Notes: generated by a model from the letters alone, not told the origin. Positions 38,005-50,729 are shown, numbered from the stretch's first letter. The stretch: 64,000 nucleotides of DNA from Felis catus (GCF_018350175.1 NC_058368.1:183336001-183400000), one strand, 5' to 3'. A program made the numbers and translations.

Positions 38005-38355
38005 GTAAGACAGCAGTTGAGATCTCAGTCTATGGAGTTAGTCATGTCTGACTGTGAAACTCTTTTCTGCCCCCATTAACTTGGGTTTGGATGAAACTGG
38101 TTATTTCATCTCTCTGAGCTTTTATTTCTTCTGCCACCTCGACGACCTTAAAGAACTTGTCTAAACTCTCTGAGCGTTTGTTCTCTCCCTTACTATCTAT
38201 TTAACCTTGAGTAATATATTTACCATTTTTGAACTCCTATTTCCTCATGGAAATAATGGACTCACTGTGAATATTACCAAAGACAATTTGTGAAAAGTAC
38301 AAAAAACAAATTTCTGGAACACAGAAAGCACTTAAAAAAAGTTAGTGTTGCTGTT
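38005..38355 (+). mobile_element. MIR with apparently triplicated core
   Basis: ctatggagttagtcatgtctg..; three core-like segments (ctctctgagc twice); tail tgtgaaaagtac..tctggaacacagaaagcacttaaaaaaagttag. Confidence 0.7.
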
Positions 38356-39339
38356 CTCCTTTTTGATTAATCACATTTGTCAATATGCCTGCCCTCCCTA
38401 GCCTGTATCTTCTTAAAAAAATTAACACACTGACACAAAAATTAAAATGCTGATAATTAATTTGAAAAAATATAAGCCCTGAGTGAGGACAGTGAGGCAA
38501 GGAAAAGTATGAAATATGTTACTGTGATGTCTACTCCTTTCCAATGACCTGCAAAGAGATGCAAAATGTCACACGGCAAATAAGTATGTTTGCCATCATG
38601 TGGGATTTCAATGGAATGTTCATTGTAGAGAACCACACTTGGATACTGTACACAAAGGGAACAACAGAAGAAAAATAGATCTGCATGGATACATTTAGTC
38701 TCCTGTTTCTCAGTGGCCTTTCCATTTCTAGGTTGTTCCATCTTTTTCCCCAGGGGCTACACAAGAAGCCAGACCCTAGGATTTGTGGTACAATATCTCA
38801 ACCATGTCTAAGAGTGAAGGAATGATTCCGTATGTATTAGACCAATTAAGAAGAACAAAAAAATCTGAGAAACTACTAGCAAATGCTGCATTCTCAATGT
38901 AATTCTTTTGGAATTATCTAAAATTAGGTGAAATATTAGCTGATTAATTATTTCATTATTGTTGGACTATTACTGTAACTTCCATTAAATTAATTCAGGA
39001 GTCACAAAACAAGTTCACACCATTGACTTATTTTTCTACATACATGTAAATAAACCATTATTATTATTGTCATTATTATTTACTATGTTTTTAACATTGA
39101 CACTGTATGATTCTATCTCTGCTATATGATCCTATCCCCCCTCAATGAAATTCACTGCCTTACTACTACATGCGTTCTAAGATATGCCCCAAATTTATTT
39201 TTCTATATTGAACAATAATTTAAAATCTCTTCTTTTGATCAACTTAAACTATTCACTCCTATTAAGGTTTCTCTTCTATGTTAACTTTGTTAATCATATA
39301 TACAATACACTCTTCAAAAAATGTATACATATTTATAGC

Positions 39340-39650
39340 CAATCCCTTCCTTAAGAATCATTTAAATGCTGTCTTCTTTATGAAGTTGCATCATAACTCC
39401 AGATGGAAATTCTTTTTCCATTAAGCCCTCAAAACAGTAGCCACTTTCTCTTTATGTTACAGTAATAGATTCATGAGTCTTAATTTCTCTATTTCACTAT
39501 CACTTCCTTTAGATTTGTGTTCATTCACTGCTCATCTATGTAGTGTAGATATTAAATCAGCTGCCATGACATCACTGATGTGGAGTTCATTTCTGTTTCA
39601 ACTACATAAAATACTTGGTAAGTATATAATATATGTTATTGAATGTATTC
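39340..39650 (+). mobile_element. LINE-2 3' end
   Basis: ccttccttaagaatcatttaaatgctgtcttctttatgaag..cataaaatacttggtaagtatataatatatgttattgaatg. Confidence 0.55.
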
Positions 39651-40184
39651 CTTAACCTGGTATTTAAATTGATATTTATATTTCTTAAGAATGTGTTTTT
39701 AGCCCAGAGGCTAGAAAGTGGTCGTGTAATTCTTCAATCAACTAAATTTTTATTTTATAATGGGATGACATCCCAAAGCTCTTCCTATTAATTTAATTCA
39801 AGATGTGGACAGAGATTAGGTTATACTCTTCTAGCCCCCTCAACCATAGCTTCCTATGTTTTCATGTGATACTGAATAGTTAACCCCCTTTGTCTTAAAT
39901 GCAAAACTGAGCTTTTTCACAAAAATGTTCACAAGAAAGGTTTGTGATTAGTAGTCTGGATTGAAGATTTAGAGCTATGGAAGGTGTCAGCAAAGAGTCG
40001 TCTATTGATTCCTTGCTTTTCTCCTCCTCCCACATCTGTTCCTCCTCTCATGCTTCCCATCAGCTATGGGGAGCTCTCTACTCTCTCTATATCAGTTCCT
40101 GCCCAGTAAGATTATTATGTGAGCAATAGGGGAAATTTTAAATCTTCTAGGAGCCATATTTTAAAGAATTTTATAAAGGGGATG

Positions 40185-40385
40185 CAATTGACTTTAATGA
40201 ATATTTCATTTAACCCAACATATCCAAACTATTAATATTTCAACATTTATAATATCAAATTAATAAAATATTTGATATTTCACACTAAGTCTTCAAAATC
40301 TTTATGTATTTCACACAGTACATCTCAATTTACACTAGCCACATTTCAAGTATTCAATAATCATGTGTGACTACTATATTCAATA
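40185..40385. mobile_element. MER33-like hAT-Charlie fragment
   Basis: tttaacccaacatatccaaac..cactaagtcttcaaaatc..catctcaatttacactagccacatttcaagtattcaataatcatgtgtgacta. Confidence 0.8.
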
Positions 40386-40717
40386 GCCTGACTCTGTTAT
40401 GCAATCAACTTACCTTCCTCAAGGCCCTACCCCCAAAATTTTACACCCAAACCTCTTGAGTGTTTTCTTCTCTTGCATGTGCATTTTCCTCACTATTACA
40501 TATGAATTATCTAAAGATAAGCTGATATCCTTTTTTACTTACCGTTTTTTTTTATCTATACTACACACCTAATTTAGTGTTTAGTATGTATCACTTGAGT
40601 AAGACATATGTTAGACTTTAACTATACCCTCTGTTAATTCCCTGATCTTTTCATTGTACTCTTTCTTTAGATCTACTGAGCTTTTATCTGATCAGCCATG
40701 ATTGTAATGATCTGGAA

Positions 40718-40962
40718 AGCAGTTCAGTATAATAGAAACAACACAGATACACATGTGCTATAGTCTTGGATCTACCTGCGGCAATCTGTATGGCTTCAGG
40801 TAGTAACTTAATCTCATTGTAACTGTGATTCTTAATCTGTAAACAAAGACAAGTATTCATAAATTTCCTGCCACGAAAGGATTTTGCAAGCACAATATAA
40901 AAATGTATGTCAAAGCATTTTCTAAGTTGTAAGGCAAAAAAAAAAATGTGGTTATGTTATTT
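40718..40962 (+). mobile_element. MIR
   Basis: agcagttcagtataatagaaa..gtaacttaatctc..ttcttaatctgtaaa..atgtatgtcaaagcattttctaagttgtaaggc. Confidence 0.7.
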
Positions 40963-41627
40963 GTTTTGCTTTCGATAAGCTGCCTAATTTTTTTGCCTTT
41001 GACTAAAGTAGAACATTGTGCCAATGGTTCACAATAGCTTTTAAAATCCCCTCATAGCTCATAATTTATAGTTTTGAGTCCAGTAACTTAGAAAACCACT
41101 TGGGATTAATTTTTCCTAAGTATATTAATTTGCTTGTCTACACTGAAGCTTTATTTTTCCATGTCTTACAGACTAGTAGGGGATTCCTAAAGCTAGCTAA
41201 ATACCTTTATAGTGTTACTAAGCATTTTAATCCTGGATAGAAAGAAGCAAAGAGAAATTTTTAAAAAGAGAAAAGCATAATAAATGTACTTTTGAGTAAT
41301 TGGATTTATTACAACTAGAAAAATATGCTTTGCCAAGATAAATACCCATTGCAAATCAGCATCGTCAGAGTTCTGAATTCACTTAAATATTTTAGTAAAT
41401 TTATTAGCCCTGTTTTGGCAAAATTATAATTTTTAAAGGCCCTAAAGCCAGGAAAAATAAAGATATGAATGCTCTTAAGACAAGCTTCTCTATTTTTTTA
41501 GGTGTAAAAGGAACAGAAACAAAATTTCCTCTAAATGTTACACGATTTACATGTTTTCCAGGAAATTTATGTTTATTTTTAAATGCAAAAATATCAGGAG
41601 CCATTTGGCAAACCTGAAATATGGATT

Positions 41628-41631
<4 letters not shown>

Positions 41632-41669
<38 letters not shown>
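41632..41669 (+). repeat. (AC)n microsatellite
   Basis: Direct reading. Confidence 0.98.
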
Positions 41670-41675
<6 letters not shown>

Positions 41676-42973
41676 ATATGAAATACACTTAATGAACAAC
41701 CTTTGAACAGCACACCTGCTCAGAAAGCACCAACAAAACAAGTTCAGGGCAACAGATTTCACTACAATCATACAATGAGTGAGCTGCTTAATCAACTCCA
41801 ATACTGTTTGCTCCAGTCTAATCATGATTTTTGCCAAATATGAATAGGCTCTGGCTTTTGAGTAAAATTTCTCACCATGAAGCTTTTAGTATATTTTATA
41901 CAATTACCTGGATTATCACTAGTTTTAAAGATTTCATCTTAATTTATTATATTTCAAAAATTAGATTAGTGCTTGTAAGAATAATAATTTTTCTAAGCCA
42001 TTCTGAAATATTAACATCACCCACAGTAGTGCAGTTTTGCAGTCAGGGGTCCTTTAATTTTCAGTTGTGTCTTTGCTTATGATCTAAGTTAAGAGCTTTC
42101 CCTATGACTGCATAAATACCTAGTGGCTCTTCCCTCCTGCCAATTTCATTTGAGGGCCTAGTTTTGGTCATCATTCTTTAGTTCAATCTTTGGATTATAC
42201 TCTTCTGGTGCAAACTGGTGAAAGCCTATGTTTCTTTTGGTTTTCTTACATATCAATAGAAGAAAAATCATAAAGTTAAAACTATTAAGATTGCAGTAAG
42301 TTAGGAAATTTAAAAAATATATATAGAAAATGACAAAAACAAAAGAATCTAACAAGATCTACAGCCTTTCACTTTTCTTTGATAGTAGGACAATATGGCA
42401 CTTCAACCCATGGCATTAGGGTCCTAAAGCCAAACTAGCAGTCAATAAATATCATGAACCACAGCCAACTTGAATTTGATTACTCAGTGGTTATAGAGCT
42501 GAAACCCAAAGCCCCTGAAAAGAATCCTAAGCTTGTGACATTTACAAAGCTGTTTCTAAAGACAAAACAGGTATGAAAGGTCATGACAGACTAAGGCTTC
42601 GGGGGGCAGGAGGAGGGAGCTATTCATCCACAGAAAGATTAAAGGATTCAAAGTTGTAGAGAACAAAGTTTGTAATTTTTCTGTATACAAGAGAAGGTTT
42701 GTTTGTGATGCATATACCTACCATGTACCTTAAATCTGAAAACACAACGAAATTAGTATGGAATAATTGCATTCCCTTCAATCATTTTTTCAAGTCCCCT
42801 TTCCTTCACATACCCTATGAATCCCAACATGAAAGCACATGGGAAAAAAACAGTAAAAGAATTGAAGAAACAAGAGAAAGTGGGGAAGTGGAGCCCATTG
42901 TTTTTATAGCTATGTTCTGCATAATAATTTGGAGAATATATAATAATCTAGAAACTTTGGCCAATAATTCTAT

Positions 42974-43290
42974 ATAGTAGATATTTTGGGGCTTCCTTGC
43001 TAGCATCCATTCCCAGTCCTTCTCAATAACTACCGATATTTTTTAGAAAACCACATGATCCAAGCAGGCTGTCTTAGGCTGAGATAACTAACCTAGATCG
43101 ACCCAATATCAATTATATAATATTTATTTATCTGTTATTCATATAACCTATATAAACCAATAAGCTTGAACTAATTCCATCTCTGGTCTTTTCATTTATT
43201 TGGGCTAAAAAACTTCCATTTTTTTTGTTTAAATTTGTCTGTGTCATGTTTCTGGCTACCTGCTGCAAACAAATGAATCCTAACTGATCT
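42974..43290 (+). mobile_element. Diverged MaLR/ERVL LTR remnant
   Basis: tagtagatattttgggg..gcatccattccc start; gggctaaaaaacttccattttttttgtttaa..ctacctgctgcaaacaaatgaatcctaactgat end. Confidence 0.6.
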
Positions 43291-46030
43291 CTCAGTGTAA
43301 ACCTTTAGGAATAGCTAAATTAGTGTTATTTAAACTTCTCCATTTTTGTAACTATATTACTATTTTAAAATATATTATGCTATATTCTGAAATTTTTTAA
43401 GTTCTTGAATTGAAATCATCAAAGATTGACTTTGAACAAAAGTACCAATTTTTAGATTACAAAATGTCTTGACATCAATTATCACGAGCTTTTAATTAAT
43501 GTCTCAAGCAGGGAATAGCCATCAGCACATTACTTAATTGGCATTTTCTTCATATTTGAATATTATCAAATTTTAACATTTGCTTTAAATAAAGCCACCT
43601 GCTTCCATTGAATTCATTAGTAACAGTCATAAAATAAAGTTTTACTGAACGATTTTCATACATTTGTGTTTTTCAAAGTAATATCCTTATCAATATAACT
43701 TTATTTGTCTTATGTATGCATTTATAAAATACATATTTATGCAATATATATAGAGTATCATTTAGCCTAATAAAGCATTGATCATCACAGTATAAACTTA
43801 CAAACAAGACTCAGCTCTATTCTTTTTTTAAATAAACATGTATAAAATAATTATTTGTGTCTGTAGTAAAATCACTTACATTTTCTGGATTCATAAGCAT
43901 TATCTACAAGAAGAGAAGAGTGAACTATATCCCCACTACTTTCTTCCTCAACTTCAAGTTGTTGATGTAAGGAATCTAAAATTATCACTTCTCCAATGCT
44001 TTGCCATAAGAATGAACTCCTCAGGTCAAGCCTAATAATGAAAATACTTGGAAATGTGACAATAAAACATTTCAATTGTTACTATTAGTAGCTTAAGACT
44101 GTTAATTTATAACATGTATATGTTATTAAAAATTGGCAAAAACAAATTAAGTTCTGAGGCTACAAACATACGCAGTAAACGTGTGTATTTTGTCAACAGA
44201 ATTTAAAACTAATGAAAGAAAGGGAGTTGAAAAACTACTAAAAAACGAGATACACTCTAAATAATAAAAGCTTGCTTCACTATTGCCCCATATGCAAAAG
44301 CTGTAGTAAAGATGATTAAAAAGGAGAAAAAGGAAGCAGTATTTGCATTCATTCTGGTAATAGAATATGAAATTAAAGCATGAAGGGATTAATGTTTTAA
44401 AGCTTGACTTGCAGTGATAAAGCTAAGGTATTAGAACAGACAACATAACCGTTACAGGATAGACAAGCAAAGAAAAAGCAGCGAATGCCTTAAAGATGAG
44501 CAAGTCAACCTAGAATGGAATTACAAAATGATTAATCAATACAAATGAGAAACTGTACAAGGAAAGAGAGCTTGGTGAGACTTCTTATGGGACTCAACAC
44601 TGCGGCCGCTTAAAGATAATGAAAGGAGCCCCGGCAAAGCCAAAGAAATGCTTTCATTCCATAGCAAAGTCATTTGTGAACAGTTTAAATTACCCTAATC
44701 ACCTCCCCTCCAGCCGTCAGTAGGCTCTGACTCTTTAGTTATTTAAAAAAAGGAGTTTGGGGAAATGAGTTCTGCGAATCTAAGCTGCAAAATAATTATA
44801 CACACACCGTTTTAGCATTTTAACAATGCAATCCCAAACATTTGTTCTCATTAGAATGCAAATCGACTCATTTAATAATCCCACAAGAGAATTCCACCAC
44901 ACTCAGCTTAAAAAGCGCAATGGTATTCAAAATATTATTAATAAATGCCAAGTATGGAAAAGCCAGTTTGCTTTGCCAACAGCTCAGGCTAGATAAAAGA
45001 AATAGACTTACATTTCCAACCTTTTTTGTGTGTTGTTTTTTTGACCAAATTTAGTTTAATTGAAATTTAACAGTTGAACTGGTCTAGGAAAGACTTCAAA
45101 ACAGGAAAAAAAAAAAAAAAAACCCAAGGTGACAATATCCTCTGTCTGGCACATAAACTTTCACACTCAATCACAGAGTCACAGCTTATCATGCAAACCA
45201 AAGACATCCATTTATCCTGAGTAGTGTCTCATTTCATTACTCTAAATTGTTACTAATTGTCTTAACCCATGGTAGACAGGAGACAGTTTGGGATTTAGTT
45301 TTGTCCTAAGTTGCAAACTTGGAATAATCATCAGAATTTATGAATGTGAGCTATGTTTAGCAAGAGTCTTCAGTAGGAATAAAAACTTTTTTCAAAAAAA
45401 TACAGTTTGGGCCCTAAACAACCCACATAGCTTTTTTACATAGTTAACATTGAAAAATGAATATTATATACAACCTGAATCATAACATGAATTGATTCCC
45501 CAAAACTTTTATTTTAAGAGTCTTCTAGACCATTTTTCAATTAGGAATATTACTTACATGTGGGAATGGACATAATTTTAGTAAAATTCAATCATCAATT
45601 CACTCATTTTTCATTCAGATTTTTATATGCAAGTCACTGTCCTATTTTATGTCTTCATTATCAGTGTGACTTTCTTTGATTTAATTTCTTGCTCATATCT
45701 GAGCCTCCTTTTCCTTTGTATTTCGAGGAACTATGGAAACTACCAATCACTTTTCTAACTCATTGTACATGCACTAAGAAAGGATTTAAAACATAAACAC
45801 AGAGGCAAATGGCTAAAAAAGTGCTACCCTTTAGAGTAGTGCCATTAAAAAAATATGAGAGTAGATTTTCAGACATAAAGACAGATCCAAATATCTGTTT
45901 TGCACATTCTTTGTGAGGGGGTAAGAGTAATAGTGTAGAGGAGATTATTTTATTGAATCATCAAAACCAGAAATAGTTAAATTAATGTCTATATACATAA
46001 GTGAATGATCGTGTACACACACCTGCGTGA

Positions 46031-46033
<3 letters not shown>

Positions 46034-46078
<45 letters not shown>
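46034..46078 (+). repeat. (AC)n microsatellite
   Basis: Direct reading. Confidence 0.98.
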
Positions 46079-46079
<1 letters not shown>

Positions 46080-46297
46080 AGGATAACACCTGAATTGTTT
46101 CCCCAATCAACTATGATCAAATTAAATGATTCAGTTGCAAAGAATTAGACTGACTGTGATCTACGTCTGCTAATAAATGCATATTTATTATATTCAGACT
46201 TTTGCATACATATTCAGAATTTGAAGTTAATACAGTATGGTTTAGATGGTTTATTTTATACAAACATTTATAGACCAGAAAAAATACTCTTAAAATG

Positions 46298-46676
46298 GGT
46301 TGTGAACTAAATTGTGTTCCTCCAAATTCATATGTTGAAGACTTAATCCTCACTGTGACTACCTTTGGAAATAGAGCCTTTAAAGACATACTTATTAAAT
46401 GAAGTCATAAGAGTAGGGCCCTAATCCAATCCCAGGGTCCTTAAAGGAAGAGGAAGAGACATCAGGGATGTGTGTGCACAGTGGCAAGGCCATGTGAGGG
46501 CCCAGTGAGAAGGTGATCATCTGCAAGCCAAGAAAAGGGGCCTCAGGAAAAAAAAAAATCTGCCAACACCTTGATCTTGGATTTCTAGCCTCTAGAACTG
46601 CGAGAAAATAAATTTCTGTTGTTTAAGCCTCCCAGTGTGTGGTATTTTGTTATCGCAGCATGAGCTAGCTAATACA
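46298..46676 (+). mobile_element. MLT1A-like MaLR solo LTR
   Basis: aattgtgttcctccaaattcatatgttgaag..gggccctaatccaat..ggccatgtgagg..caccttgatcttggatttctagcctctagaactgcgagaaaataaatttctgttgtttaagcc..ctaataca. Confidence 0.93.
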
Positions 46677-47650
46677 GGATGTCATCTCTTTTCTCAAAAT
46701 TCCTTAGGCACATTCTGTACCTTTCTCACACTGTACACACAGATTAACATAAAGAACAGATAATACCGAGAAGATGCCAGAGAAACAATGAAGTCTTTTA
46801 TTAAATACAGGGTTTAGAATAGTATTCAAATTGGTAATTCAGGATTCAAAAGATGGATAGTTGGGAACAATTAAGGGAAAAATGGTGATGTTTATCTATT
46901 TGAGAAAATGGTCTAAAATAATTACCCAAAGCAGTTGCATTATAATTAACAAAGGAAAGAGCAATGTTCTTTTAACCTAACAAAGTCACAAAAATAAGAT
47001 AGGCTCCAAAAGGAATAGTTAGGATAAGCCTCCTCCACTGTAATTAATGGGTAACAGTAATCACCCTCATTGAAAAGTAGTGAGGTCAGTTGGTATCTAC
47101 ATACCAACATTAACCGAGCTGTTAAAACATGCAGTTTAATCTCCCAAGACTTTTCTCTATAGCAAAGGACATTTCAGTGAAGATAAAAGGATCCTATCAT
47201 ACTGTTTTCCTGTATACTAGCAAATATAAAAGTAAAAGTGACTATAGATGAAGGGGATGAATATATGCTGACCTGTTTTGAGATGGGTAGTCATTTGTAA
47301 TTATATACCCTGCTAGATGCATTCCTGTAATACATGTATTCCAGAGGCATCTGTTATTTGGAAATGGAGAAAGGCAATTTTCAAGACATTTCAGAAGGGA
47401 GCATGGAATATGTCCTAGAAGAAGACTCTGAAAAAGCACGGGATGACTGATGGTCACAGACAAGAAGGAAGGAAAGATCAAAAGCAAACTGGCCACTGCA
47501 AATTTGCTTTGTTTGCTTGTGATTTCAAATAACACATTCTCAGCTTTGTAAGAAAGTAAAGTGGTTATCGACACTTTAGGGATACCCTGAACTGCTGTGC
47601 CACAAACTGGAGAGGAGAGCAATAGGAGTGCTTTCAAAAAGCCCACCCGC

Positions 47651-47855
47651 GGGGCGCCTGGGTGGCGCAGTCGGCTAAGCGTCCGACTTCAGCCAGGTCA
47701 GGATCTCGCGGTCCGTGAGCTCGAGCCCTGCGTCAGGCTCTGGGCTGATGGCTCGGAGCCTGGAGCCTGTTTCCAATTCTATGTCTCCCTCTCTCTCTGC
47801 CTCTCCCCCGTTCATGCTCTGTCTCTCTCTGTCCCAAAAATAAATAAACGTTGAA
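47651..47855 (+). mobile_element. Young Can-SINE (SINEC_Fc-like) with very short tail
   Basis: ggggcgcctgggtggcgcagtcgg..cagccagg; perfect TSD aaaaagcccacccgc at 47636-47650 and 47856-47870. Confidence 0.97.
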
Positions 47856-48029
47856 AAAAAGCCCACCCGCACCCAGGAATCCTTGAAGTATTCTTACTAA
47901 ATTTAAACTATCAAACTTTCTAGCAATTACAACCATTACCAAGAACTAGGAGGGGAAAAGAACATAGTAAATAACGCTTCAAGGAAGCAAAGAGACAAAA
48001 GCAGAACACGGGGCATTCTGGAATGAATG

Positions 48030-48537
48030 AAATATTAATTTTGATAATTGGGCTAATGGCACTGAGACAATGATTTCTGTAAGAAAATATGACTTTTTAA
48101 AGAGATACACTGGAGGGGTGCCTGGGTGGCTCAGTCGGTTAAGCGGCCGACTTCGGCTCAGGTCACGATCTCGCGGTCCGTGAGTTCGAGCCCCGCATTG
48201 GGCTCTGTGCTGACAGCTCAGAGCCCGGAGCCTGTTTCAAATTCTGTGTCTCCCTCTCTCTCTGACCCTCCCCCGTTCATGCTCTGTCTCTCTCTGTCTC
48301 AAAAATAAATAAACGTTAAAAAAAAATAAAAAAAAATAAAGAGATACACTGGAATATGTAAGGCTTAAGTATCATAATGTCTGGATTTTATGTTAAAACG
48401 ATGCAGTAAAAGTAAGCAAAGATACACACGAAGCTAATGTGACAAACCCTTGATGATTCTGAATCTGGATAATGAATATATAGGGGCTGTTCTAGTTTTC
48501 AGACATTTTATATTTAAAGTTTTTCATGATGAAAAAA
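48030..48537 (+). mobile_element. Old L1 (L1MC/L1ME-like) 3' end, interrupted by a SINE
   Basis: agagatacactggaatat..ataatgtctggatttt..gaatctggataatgaatatatagggg..aagtttttcatgatgaaaaa. Confidence 0.65.
48115..48336 (+). mobile_element. Can-SINE (SINEC_Fc2-like, low divergence)
   Basis: Full head/CT/tail; perfect TSD taaagagatacactgga at 48098-48114 and 48337-48353. Confidence 0.97.
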
Positions 48538-48902
48538 TGAGGAAGCCCATTTTTTCAAAGAACAATATCAAATGAATCAGTCCAAAGCTTTGCAAAGCCA
48601 TTAGAAGACAGAATCATTTCCAAGCCAGCCAGAGTCCTCTATATCCTGATGGACTGGATTATCAAACCAAAGAATATGGCACTCATGAGCAAGGCTGTAA
48701 AGTTAAGAGGATTCAGAGAGACAGACACTGACAGTGCCTATCCAGTCATTATCAAGATATCAGGAAGTCTTCGACATCAGATCCTCAGTATTTCTTTTCT
48801 CAGTGACAATATGTTTTCTGTCCTGAGATGACTAAAGAACAGAGGCATCAAACTGGTTGACTACAAGATTGCTGGCAGGTCTTATTTGGTCCTCATAGTG
48901 TG

Positions 48903-49100
48903 TTTTTTTTTTTTTTAATGTTTTTATTTATTTTTGAGAGAGTGCAAGCAGGGGAGGGGCAGAGAGAAGGGAACAGAGGATCTAAAGCGGGCTCTGTGCT
49001 GACAGCAGCAAGCCAATGTGGGATTAGAACCCACAAAGCATGTGAGATCATGACCCGAGGGAAGTCGGATGCTCAACTGACTCAGCTACCCAGGTTCCCC
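48903..49100 (-). mobile_element. Can-SINE (diverged)
   Basis: polyT, aatgtttttatttatttttgagag..caactgactcagctacccaggttcccc. Confidence 0.92.
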
Positions 49101-49519
49101 CACATATTGTCTTTTTAAACCTGTTTTACTTTTCACATAAACATTTTTTTTAACCTCTCCTAAAAAATCAAGATGATTTGGTTTTATTTTCCAGTGTCGT
49201 CATTCAAGTACACTGAGGGGCAGCTGCTCCTTTAGATAGTGGCACATGCTCTGCAGTCTCCAGGAAGGGCTAACAGTTTATTACAGTATAATTTCAATGT
49301 TCAGCATTGTCAGCCTGGCTCCGGTAGGCATTTATTTTGTGACAACTGATGTGGTTTGCTCCATACTATGCCTACAAAAGCATTCATTACACATGGGATA
49401 AAATAACTGTCTGAGCTTTCTGCATCAGATTCTACTTAACATTTAGGTCATTATGTCCCATATTTCTGATTCCATGCTTACTAAATAATCTAGGGGTTCT
49501 CATGAGAACCTATTTATGG

Positions 49520-49760
49520 TGTATGCATTTGTAGTACATGGACAATCCTACATTTTAATCTTGGTTCTTTGACTCCTTGACCTCAAGCCCTTTATATCTA
49601 AGTTTACTAATTATTCATATGGGATTAATAACTATAGCTGTTCATAAAGCTGTTTTGAATATTAAATAAAATAATGCATATAAAGCATTTGCTCCAAAAA
49701 TTGGCATATATTAAAAACAGGAACTGTTACTATTATTAGAAGTAGTAGTAGTAATAGTGG
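49520..49760 (+). mobile_element. MIR remnant
   Basis: aagctgttttgaatattaaataaaataatgcatataaagcatttg..tggcatata..tgttactattatta. Confidence 0.6.
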
Positions 49761-49904
49761 TAATATTTCATGGGAATTGAGTATTTTTTTGTTCTATGAC
49801 AGCGAGGTTTTAAGGAAAATTAGTAAACTGTTTTTCAGGTATGATTCAGCTTTCCATGTTGTTTGATCATACAAGGGAAATAGACTGATCAGGGAAAAAC
49901 GACA

Positions 49905-50600
49905 TGTACCAGTTATCAACTTACTGCCTCTTAGTTCCAACTCTATCCTTTCTTATACAACTCTGTGCACCTGAAGCTAGATATTGTACACATTCCCCCT
50001 TTACCAGCTGGCACAATGTTAGACCAACAGAGTAGGGCAAAATGAAGGGGCTTCTCTTCCTGGTGTGGTACTTGTTTTCTTGCACCTAAGATGCTGCTTT
50101 CTTGCCACAAAAAAAAAAAAAAAAAAAAAAGTATGCAGGAGATTCAGAGGTGTTCAAATTCCAGTGACTTTTTCCAGCATCCTACTAGAAGTCTTCCAGT
50201 AAGTTTTAATCATAGTTGAAAGGGATACTTCCATGTAAGTTTCACCAGTATCTTGGTGAGTCTTCAATATTAGTGTCACCACTGGTCGAAAAGTACCTCA
50301 AGCAACCTAGTGTGGGGTTTCTTGTTGTCATTCCTGGTCAAGAACACCTCAGCAACCATTTCCACCACTGAAGGGAGGAGAGACACACCCCTTGCAACAA
50401 AGTTTAAATCTCAGTTTTGGGGAGGATATGGAGCTCCTCCAACTTGATTCCTTCCTTGGATACTCCTGCCTCAACATTAGAGGTAACAGTTATCCATTAC
50501 ATCTACTATTCCTGCATTCTTGGGACTTTAGACCTCTTAGAAAATAATTCCTTGTTACTACTTAATATTTTTTTCAGTTAATTTCCTAGTAAATTTTCTA
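49905..50600 (+). mobile_element. LTR41-like ERVL LTR
   Basis: tgtaccagttatcaacttactgcctcttagttccaactctatcc..ccagctggcacaatgttag resembles the recalled LTR41-class 5' end; contains A22 at 50109-50130; 3' boundary uncertain. Confidence 0.55.
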
Positions 50601-50729
50601 GTAAATTTCTCTATAGGGATAGACCTACAGATAGGTGGATAGATTGATTGATTGACAGATAGACAGATAGATATGGCAAAAAACATATACTGTTCTGACC
50701 CAGATAGCATCCCTTGCTCAATTACTCTG

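Noticed and set aside
47242..47646. Longest ORF in the window (134 aa, minus strand)
   Set aside because: No recognisable domain or splice context; an ORF of this length is plausible by chance in 64 kb and may lie in an old repeat
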